Of a stretch of DNA of 32,000 bases, positions 17,575-23,795 are shown one piece after another. The notes beneath the pieces are model-generated. The model was not told the origin of the DNA, did not search any database, and saw nothing but the letters and a program-made list of their open reading frames with translations. The position numbers and the translations under genes were made by a program. The stretch's first letter is position 1. Every line of letters begins with the position of its first letter. The DNA is taken from NCBI RefSeq assembly GCF_001548275.1, contig NZ_AP014945.1, forward strand, positions 1,050,001-1,082,000, in the 5' to 3' direction. This DNA comes from Caldimicrobium thiodismutans. GTDB taxonomy: Bacteria > Desulfobacterota > Thermodesulfobacteria > Thermodesulfobacteriales > Thermodesulfobacteriaceae.

Positions 17575-17810
17575 TTGAATTTTTTTGTGGGTCTGTTGTA
17601 GCACAGACATTCTTGTCTGTGTTTCTTTCATACATTGGAGTGTAATTTACCTCCACAGGCAAGATTGCCTGTGTTACTTTTACAGACTTGTAAAGCCTCT
17701 CTTGTATAGATATCTAATTCCTCTTTTACCACCCTTCCTTTTTTCTTGTAAGGATCTGAACTTATGCAGGGTTGTAAATCTTCAAAGGACTAAGACTTAA
17801 AAATTCCCTC

Positions 17811-17838
17811 TTGACTTTTTCATTTTTATAAGTAATCT
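17811..17838 (+). promoter_or_regulatory. Putative promoter of the selenopeptide/rSAM operon (TTGACT-N16-TAATCT)
   Basis: Same geometry as the two tRNA promoters in this window. It would give a 5' UTR of about 45 nt before ATG 17888. Confidence 0.4.
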
Positions 17839-17887
17839 CAATTAGTAAAGCATTTTTAATTATTATAATTTATAAGGAGGTGGGCTT

Positions 17888-18064
17888 ATGAAGGAAAGTT
17901 TAAGAAAGAGTTTGGAGAGTATTAAGCTTGAAGGACTTTTAAAAGAGATTGCCTTTTCTGAAGCCCCTATGGCAACCCTTTTCCCAAAAGGGACCTCTTC
18001 TTGAGGCTCAAGCTGAGGCGATAAGCCCAAAAGGAGCGGAGTTTCCGCTCTGAAAAATAACTAA
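17888..18064 (+). CDS. Putative selenocysteine-containing RiPP precursor 1 (58 codons, in-frame TGA at 18002-18004 and 18014-18016)
   Basis: Strong Shine-Dalgarno sequence AAGGAGGTG 7 nt before the ATG. Read-through product MKESLRKSLESIKLEGLLKEIAFSEAPMATLFPKGTSS-U-GSS-U-GDKPKRSGVSALKNN ends at TAA 18062-18064. If TGA is a stop, the product is 38 aa (17888-18004). Confidence 0.6.
18034..18050 (+). promoter_or_regulatory. Candidate bacterial SECIS-like hairpin (GAGCGGA-GUU-UCCGCUC)
   Basis: Perfect 7-bp stem with apical loop GUU. The loop starts 24 nt after the second UGA and 36 nt after the first, which falls inside my recollection of the usual bacterial UGA-to-apical-loop distance. Confidence 0.4.
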
Positions 18065-18088
18065 ATCTTTTTTAAGGAGGTGAGGGCG

Positions 18089-18331
18089 ATGAATAAAGAA
18101 AACCTTAAATCAACTCTAAAAGGTGTGAGTATTTCTGCCCTTTTAACCCTGGCCTTGAGTATTGGAACTCCTTCTGTTAGCCTTTCTCAACAGGGTAGCT
18201 CTGGTTGAGGCGGAAGTCCTAAGAAGGGCGGTGGATCTGCCCCTGCAAAGGAACAGCCTGCTAAAAATGCAACTGATAACGAAACTAAAAAGGACACTAA
18301 AAAGCCCAAGGGTAAAAGTGGCTGAGGTTAA
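18089..18331 (+). CDS. Putative selenocysteine-containing RiPP precursor 2 (80 codons, in-frame TGA at 18206-18208 and 18323-18325)
   Basis: Shine-Dalgarno sequence AAGGAGGTG 8 nt before the ATG. Read-through product MNKENLKSTLKGVSISALLTLALSIGTPSVSLSQQGSSG-U-GGSPKKGGGSAPAKEQPAKNATDNETKKDTKKPKGKSG-U-G ends at TAA 18329-18331. If TGA is a stop, the product is 39 aa. Confidence 0.6.
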
Positions 18332-18347
18332 TCTTTAAAAGGCCTCT

Positions 18348-19664
18348 TTGAGGTCTTATCTTAAATTTATGCTCTATTTCCAGCTAAACCCCTCCCTTGA
18401 AATTTCAAGGGAGGGGAATGAATTTATATTGTCTTTTTTCCAAAATGCAACAAAAATTTTTATAAAAGCAGATCCTTGGGATTTACTTGTAATTAAAATT
18501 CTTATAGAAGAACTTGATCCTTTAGAATTATCAAAAAAAGAAAATCTCACATTATCACTTATACTTCAAGCTTTTCACTCAGGCTTTGAAAAGGGTTATC
18601 TCATTAGAGAGGAAAGTAAAATCGTAAGAAAAGAGCCCCCTTTTCAGAGAGCCTTTTTTCCTGACGATACCTTTAGGGTTGCTGAGGTTTTTACTTTACA
18701 GTGGCATCTAACCAATAGATGTGATCTTCATTGCAAACACTGTTATGATCGATCAAGTGTTTCGGAATTATCTTTAGAAGATAATTTCAGAATCCTTGAG
18801 GATTTCTTTAGATTCTGTTCAGATATGAAAGTTCATGGACAGATAAGTTTTTCCGGAGGAAATCCTTTTATGTATCCCCATTTCTTTGAGCTTTACAGGT
18901 CTGCTTCTGAGATGGGATTTAGCCTTGCAATTCTTGGAAACCCTGTCTCAGAAACCCTTCTTGAGAGGCTCTGTAATATAGAAACCCCTGTATATTATCA
19001 GGTAAGTCTTGAGGGCTTAGAAAAGACTAATGATGAGATTCGGGGAAAAGGTCATTTTCAAAGAACTATTAAATTTTTAAAAATACTTAAAGATTTTGAA
19101 GTTCCCTCGGGAGTTATGATGACTGTTCACGAAAAAAATCTTGATGAGCTCATTCCCCTTGCTAAATATCTTGAGGGAAGGGTTGAGGTTTTTTCTTTTA
19201 ATAGGCTTTCTCTTTTCGGTGAAGGTAAAAAACTATCTCCTTCTGAAAGGGAAAAATTTTTTAAAGTTCTTGAAGAATACCTTGAGCTTTCTTTTGAATT
19301 GCCCTATCTTTCCCTTAAAGATAATTTTTTTAATTTTTTTCTTTATAAGAAAGGGTTGCCCTTTTGTGGAGGGTGTACAGGTTTTGGATGTGGGGCAGCT
19401 TTCAATTTTCTCACTCTTTTACCCAATGGAGAGGTCCATGCCTGCAGAAAATTCCCATCTCCCTTGGGAAATATTTTAAATAAATCTCTCAGTGAGATCT
19501 ATCATTCTAAAGAAGCTGAACTTTATAGGCTTGGGCCTGAGGCCTGTAACAATTGTATCCTTTATGGAGTTTGTAGAGGTTGTCTTGCGGTGATTTCAAG
19601 CTTTGGTTTGGATCTTACTAAAGATAAAGATCCTTACTGTCCTGGAAAACTTATCTCCCCTTGA
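18348..19664 (+). CDS. Radical SAM/SPASM-domain peptide maturase (SbtM-like by context)
   Basis: CX3CX2C motif NRCDLHCKHCY. The C-terminal region has 9 Cys (CGGCTGFGC...HAC...ACNNCILYGVCRGC...YCP), typical of SPASM auxiliary clusters. About 100 aa precede the core and could be a peptide-recognition domain. The start is uncertain, either TTG 18348 or ATG 18369. Confidence 0.85.
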   Translation: MRSYLKFMLYFQLNPSLEISREGNEFILSFFQNATKIFIKADPWDLLVIKILIEELDPLELSKKENLTLSLILQAFHSGFEKGYLIREESKIVRKEPPFQRAFFPDDTFRVAEVFTLQWHLTNRCDLHCKHCYDRSSVSELSLEDNFRILEDFFRFCSDMKVHGQISFSGGNPFMYPHFFELYRSASEMGFSLAILGNPVSETLLERLCNIETPVYYQVSLEGLEKTNDEIRGKGHFQRTIKFLKILKDFEVPSGVMMTVHEKNLDELIPLAKYLEGRVEVFSFNRLSLFGEGKKLSPSEREKFFKVLEEYLELSFELPYLSLKDNFFNFFLYKKGLPFCGGCTGFGCGAAFNFLTLLPNGEVHACRKFPSPLGNILNKSLSEIYHSKEAELYRLGPEACNNCILYGVCRGCLAVISSFGLDLTKDKDPYCPGKLISP

Positions 19665-19688
19665 CAATATTTTAAATTCGTTTAATTT
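19661..19688 (+). promoter_or_regulatory. Putative promoter of tRNA-Gln (TTGACA-N16-TAATTT), with its -35 box overlapping the rSAM stop codon
   Basis: TTGACA 19661-19666 contains the TGA stop at 19662-19664. TAATTT at 19683-19688 lies 13 nt before the tRNA. Confidence 0.45.
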
Positions 19689-19701
19689 ATCTGATTAAGC
19701 T

Positions 19702-19773
19702 TGGGGGATCGTCTAATAGGCAGGACAGTGGACTCTGGATCCACGAGTGGAGGTTCGAGTCCTCCTCCCCCAG
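19702..19773 (+). tRNA. tRNA-Gln (anticodon CTG)
   Basis: Acceptor TGGGGGA/TCCCCCA (U1-A72, typical of tRNA-Gln), anticodon stem GTGGA/TCCAC with loop CT-CTG-GA, T-arm GGAGG-TTCGAGT-CCTCC. Confidence 0.9.
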
Positions 19774-19775
19774 CT

Positions 19776-20447
19776 TTAAGTTCTAATCATAGATAATCGG
19801 TGCGCTTCCCTTAAAGGTTCGGGCATTCTAAATTTAACTGCGGTTTTTAAAACCCATTCAACTGCCTCCTCTGGAGTAATAAGATTTCCAGGAGAAACAA
19901 AAAGAGGGCTTACTCCAGTCCTTGTTCTCACTACATAACCTGAAAGTTCTCCTGTAAGATAAACTGGAAGCTTTGACCCTCTTTCTTTTGGAAGTTCTCC
20001 CTCAAATTTAAGAAGAGGTTTTTTAGCACAACCGATAGTTGGAATCTCAAGTTCCACGCCAAGATGAACTGCAAGCCCTGCCTTTCTTGGATGAGCTATC
20101 CCCTGTCCATCAACAAGAATTAGATCCGGTCTATTCTTAAGCCTTTGAAAGACCTTAAGAAGAAGGGGAGCCTCCCTAAAGGATAAGTAACCCGGAATAT
20201 ATGGAAAGGTTATCTTCTCTATACTATCTACAGTTTCAATTATTTTAAACTCAGGATACCTCATCACTACTATGGCTCCTTTTGCCAGCCCATTTTCAAA
20301 ATACCCTACATCACATCCAGCTATTAATCCAGGTTCCCTTTCCAGAGGAAAAAGCTTCACTTTCTTTGAAAGCTTAATTTGAAACTCTTTTAACTCCTCA
20401 ACCATCATAGCTTCAAAACTTTTTTGCCTAAGTTCTTCTTCTTTCAA
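19776..20447 (-). CDS. nfi: Endonuclease V (deoxyinosine 3' endonuclease)
   Basis: Conserved blocks AGCDVGY, LVDGQGIAHPRKAGLAVHLGV and PTIGCAK. TTG start preceded by GGGGGAG. Confidence 0.88.
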   Translation of the reverse strand: MKEEELRQKSFEAMMVEELKEFQIKLSKKVKLFPLEREPGLIAGCDVGYFENGLAKGAIVVMRYPEFKIIETVDSIEKITFPYIPGYLSFREAPLLLKVFQRLKNRPDLILVDGQGIAHPRKAGLAVHLGVELEIPTIGCAKKPLLKFEGELPKERGSKLPVYLTGELSGYVVRTRTGVSPLFVSPGNLITPEEAVEWVLKTAVKFRMPEPLREAHRLSMIRT

Positions 20448-20529
20448 GATTCTCCCCCTGCATGTTCAGACCGGTCTTCCTGTGCAGGAAAGCATCTATA
20501 CATAGGATTATAATACTACATTTGGCTAT

Positions 20530-20565
20530 GTTTAAACCTGCCTTGGTTCAAAAATTGATTGTAAT
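20530..20565 (+). repeat. Degenerate solitary copy of the CRISPR repeat
   Basis: GTTTAAACCTGCCTTGGTTCAAAAATTGATTGTAAT against GTTGAAACCTGCCCTACTTCAAAAGGGATTGCGAC. By eye 20 of the first 24 positions match, and GATTG is retained after a 1-nt indel. Confidence 0.6.
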
Positions 20566-20670
20566 AAAATGTAGGGTTCGAGCTTTTGAACCCCTACAAA
20601 TCATAAAAAGATTAAATAGGGGGTTGAAAGAGGCAGATTTAAATCTCAAAAAATGGATGCATACAAACTT

Positions 20671-20699
20671 TTGACAAATGGCTTTTTATACCTTAGAAT
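20671..20699 (+). promoter_or_regulatory. Near-consensus promoter (TTGACA-N17-TAGAAT) ending 7 nt before ATG 20707
   Basis: TTGACA 20671-20676, TAGAAT 20694-20699, no Shine-Dalgarno sequence before ATG 20707. Confidence 0.55.
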
Positions 20700-20706
20700 A
20701 ATAACT

Positions 20707-23322
20707 ATGCTAAAAAAATTTTTTACATCCCTTTTTCTTTTCTTTTCTTTCATTCCACTTTTAGGGGGATTTTTTATGCCAGAGGATTTGCATGCAGAAA
20801 AAGCCCTTGTTGAAAAAGTGATTGAAAAGAAGCTTCCCTCTGGGCTTACGGTTCTTTATATGCCTTTTAATAGAGAAAAAGTGGTTGCCGTTTACCTTTG
20901 TGTAAAAGTTGGCAGTAAATATGAATGGGATGAGGTTGCAGGGATTACCCATCTTATAGAACACATGATTTTTAAAGGAGGAGAGGGCCAAAAACCAGGA
21001 GAGGTAGCAGGAAAGGTAGAGGAAAAGGGAGGCTATATAAATGCCTTTACCTCTTATGATCAGACCTGTTATTATGTGGTAGGACCTGTTGAGGTTCTGG
21101 AAACAGCTTTTGAGGTGCTTTCTCAGGCAGTTTTTAAACCCTATTTTGATCCCGCAGAGCTTGAAAAGGAAAAGGAAGTGGTTATTGAAGAGATGAAAAT
21201 GCGCCTTGATAATCCCATGATTGTGCTCTATGAAGAGCTGATGAAAGCCTCCTATACCAAATATCCCTATAAAAGACCTATTATTGGTTTTGAAAATTCT
21301 GTTCGCTCAGTAAAAAGGGAAGATCTCTTTTATTTTATTAATCATTTTTATACACCTGAAAATATGGTTCTTATTGTTACAGGTGATATTTCAGAAGAGG
21401 AATTAGATAAACAGCTTGAAAAATATTTTTCAAAACTTCCTAAAAGAACTTTAAAGAAAGTGACCTTTCCTGAGGAACCCTATGTTAATGAGCCAGAACT
21501 TAAGTGGGTGGAAAGAAAAGTAAAGGAATCCTATTTTGCCTTTACCTTTCCAGCTCCCTCTATCCATGAAGATTCAGCACCTCTTATGGATCTTATAGCT
21601 GAAATCCTTGGTGGAGGAGAATCCTCAAGGTTATATTTAAAATTAAAGAGAAAACTAAATCTTGTTAAAACTATTTCAGCCTCTGCTTTTAACCCTGATG
21701 GCCCGGGTTTATTTGAAATCATGGGAACTGCATCTCCAGAAAATTTTCAAAAAATTATTGAAGAAACCTTAAAAGAAATTGAGAGATTCAAAAAGGAAGG
21801 TCCTACTCTTAATGAGCTTGAGAGAGCAAAAACTCAAGTTTTATCTACCTTTATTTATTCTCAGGAGACCGCAGATGGTCTTTCAAGGTCTCTTGCTACC
21901 TTTCAACTCACAAGAGGCAATTATAAAGATCTTCTCTGGTATAAGGACCAAATTAAAAGGGCAACCCCTGAGGACTTAAGAATTTTTGCCCAGCGTTTTT
22001 TGAATACCCATAAACTTGTCACAGTTTTCCTTTCAGAAAAAACCCTTTTTGATAAAGGGGCTTATAAAAAAACCCTTGCCAAAACTTTTAAGGAATCCTC
22101 TCTTAAATCTTTCACCCTTGATAATGGATTAAAGGTTATCCTTTATCCCAGACATGATGTGCCAGCTGTGGGTATTTCTCTTGTTTTTCCAGGGGGGGTT
22201 AGATTTGAAAATCAAGATAATAATGGTCTCTATCAGGCGCTGTCCCTTCTCTGGACCAGGGGAACTAAAAAACACACTGCTGAAGAAATTTCTGAGGCCC
22301 TTGAGGGTCTTGGTGCAAGCATTAAGGGCTTTACAGGAAGAAATACCTTTGGACTTAAAGCCCTGACCCTTTCAAACAAATTACCTGAGGTGCTGGATCT
22401 CTTCCATGAGATTCTTCTTAACCCCTCCTTTAAAGAAGAAGAGATAGAAAAGGCCCGCCCTGAACTTTTATCTCTCCTCTATCAACAGGAAGATCAGCCC
22501 TTTTATCTTGCCCTTAAGGAATTTTTAAAGGACTTTTTTCCTGATCATCCCTATGGACTAAACCAAGCAGGCTCAAAGAACTTTTATCTCACCTTTACCT
22601 CTAAAGACTTGGTTTCTGCTTATTCTAAAATGGTTAATCCTGAAAGAGGCGTTTTAGTTGTAACAGGTGATTTTGAAGTTGAATTTCTAAAGAACAAACT
22701 GACAGAACTTTTAAAGGATTGGAAGCCTAAAAAAACGGATATTCGTGAAGAACCTGAACCACCCTCGCCCAGGGATTCCATAAAGAGGGTCAAAAAAGAT
22801 AGTTTTCAGACCCAGATCCTACTTGGTTTTCAGGTTCCAGGTCTTCTAAGCAAGGATCGTGTTGTCCTGGAAGTTTTAAATAGTGCCATTTCAGGTCAGG
22901 ACGGAAGGCTTTTTAGAATCTTAAGAGATGAGAGATCTCTTGCCTATGCAGTTACTTCCTTTATGCTTCTTTATCCCAAAAAGTCAGCCCTTATCTTTTA
23001 TATAGCCTGTTCTCCTGAAAAGGAAAAAGAAGCTGTTGCTGGCTTTTTTGAAATTCTTGAAAAAATTAAAAAAGAGGGGCTCAGCGCTGATGAATTGGAG
23101 AGGGGGAAAAATAGACTCCTCGGGAGACATAGGCTCTCTCTTCAGAGCAATCTTGCCAAGGCTGAGGATATGGCAGTAAATGAGGTGCTGGGTCTGGGCT
23201 GGAATTACTCTGAAAAATATGAAGCCCTTGTAAAAGGTGTAAACTCAAAAAGTATTAGAAAGGCCATTCAAGAATATTTAGATCAAAACAAGGCCTTTCT
23301 TTTAATCCTTGGTAAGGAGTAA
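20707..23322 (+). CDS. Secreted two-unit M16 (pitrilysin/insulinase) zinc peptidase
   Basis: HxxEH zinc motif GITHLIEHMIFKG in the first half, and a second M16-like half without the motif. Start moved to ATG 20707, which gives the signal-peptide-like N-terminus MLKKFFTSLFLFFSFIPLLGG. The track start 20653 lies upstream of the promoter. Confidence 0.85.
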   Translation: MLKKFFTSLFLFFSFIPLLGGFFMPEDLHAEKALVEKVIEKKLPSGLTVLYMPFNREKVVAVYLCVKVGSKYEWDEVAGITHLIEHMIFKGGEGQKPGEVAGKVEEKGGYINAFTSYDQTCYYVVGPVEVLETAFEVLSQAVFKPYFDPAELEKEKEVVIEEMKMRLDNPMIVLYEELMKASYTKYPYKRPIIGFENSVRSVKREDLFYFINHFYTPENMVLIVTGDISEEELDKQLEKYFSKLPKRTLKKVTFPEEPYVNEPELKWVERKVKESYFAFTFPAPSIHEDSAPLMDLIAEILGGGESSRLYLKLKRKLNLVKTISASAFNPDGPGLFEIMGTASPENFQKIIEETLKEIERFKKEGPTLNELERAKTQVLSTFIYSQETADGLSRSLATFQLTRGNYKDLLWYKDQIKRATPEDLRIFAQRFLNTHKLVTVFLSEKTLFDKGAYKKTLAKTFKESSLKSFTLDNGLKVILYPRHDVPAVGISLVFPGGVRFENQDNNGLYQALSLLWTRGTKKHTAEEISEALEGLGASIKGFTGRNTFGLKALTLSNKLPEVLDLFHEILLNPSFKEEEIEKARPELLSLLYQQEDQPFYLALKEFLKDFFPDHPYGLNQAGSKNFYLTFTSKDLVSAYSKMVNPERGVLVVTGDFEVEFLKNKLTELLKDWKPKKTDIREEPEPPSPRDSIKRVKKDSFQTQILLGFQVPGLLSKDRVVLEVLNSAISGQDGRLFRILRDERSLAYAVTSFMLLYPKKSALIFYIACSPEKEKEAVAGFFEILEKIKKEGLSADELERGKNRLLGRHRLSLQSNLAKAEDMAVNEVLGLGWNYSEKYEALVKGVNSKSIRKAIQEYLDQNKAFLLILGKE

Positions 23323-23327
23323 GACCC

Positions 23328-23795
23328 CTGGAGATTTTAAGTAAATCTTCTAATGAGACTAAAAAATTTGCTCGTATCCTTGCCAAATACCTGAAACCAG
23401 GCGATATTGTGCTTTTTTATGGTGACCTTGGAAGCGGAAAAACTACCTTTATTCAGGGTATCTGTGAAGGCTTAAAGGTTGACCCAGATATTGCCATTAC
23501 CAGTCCTACCTTTTCCATTATTAATCTCTATGAGGGAATTTATCCTATTGCTCATGTTGATCTCTATCGCTTAGAATCCTTTAATATTGAAGAACTTGGA
23601 CTCTGGGAATATCTTAATACCCATATTATGCTTATTGAATGGGCTGAAAAATTAACATTTCTCCCCAAGGAAGATTTTCTTGAGATTAAAATTCAATTTA
23701 TTGATGAAACCACAAGGTCTATTTCTTTAACTGGCTACGGAGAATGGTTTGAGCTCCTAAAAGCCCTGGAAAGGGATGCAAAATTAGATAAATAG
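23328..23795 (+). CDS. tsaE: tRNA t6A37 biosynthesis ATPase TsaE (YjeE)
   Basis: P-loop GDLGSGKTTF. The conserved TsaE N-terminal segment (SKSSNETKKFARILAKYLKPGDIVLFYGDLG) lies upstream of the track GTG start (23409) in an open frame with no ATG/GTG/TTG. CTG 23328 sits 8 nt after AAGGAG (23314-23319). The exact start codon is uncertain. Confidence 0.75.
   Translation: MEILSKSSNETKKFARILAKYLKPGDIVLFYGDLGSGKTTFIQGICEGLKVDPDIAITSPTFSIINLYEGIYPIAHVDLYRLESFNIEELGLWEYLNTHIMLIEWAEKLTFLPKEDFLEIKIQFIDETTRSISLTGYGEWFELLKALERDAKLDK

Noticed and set aside
17585-17800. 71-aa Cys-rich ORF in the divergent intergenic region
   Set aside because: It has no ribosome-binding site. Its Cys codons derive from the TGT/TGC of the hairpin repeats, and it is better explained as non-coding structured DNA/RNA.
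17888-18331. Alternative genetic code (UGA read as Trp or Gly) as the explanation for the in-frame TGAs
   Set aside because: TGA terminates well-conserved genes in the same window at the expected protein ends (thiC at 13966-13968, the rSAM gene at 19662-19664, the AAA-ATPase gene at 3721-3723).
20462-20706. Track ORF 20462-20674 and the long M16 start at 20653
   Set aside because: The region holds repeat relics, hairpins and a consensus promoter. The M16 signal peptide begins at ATG 20707.
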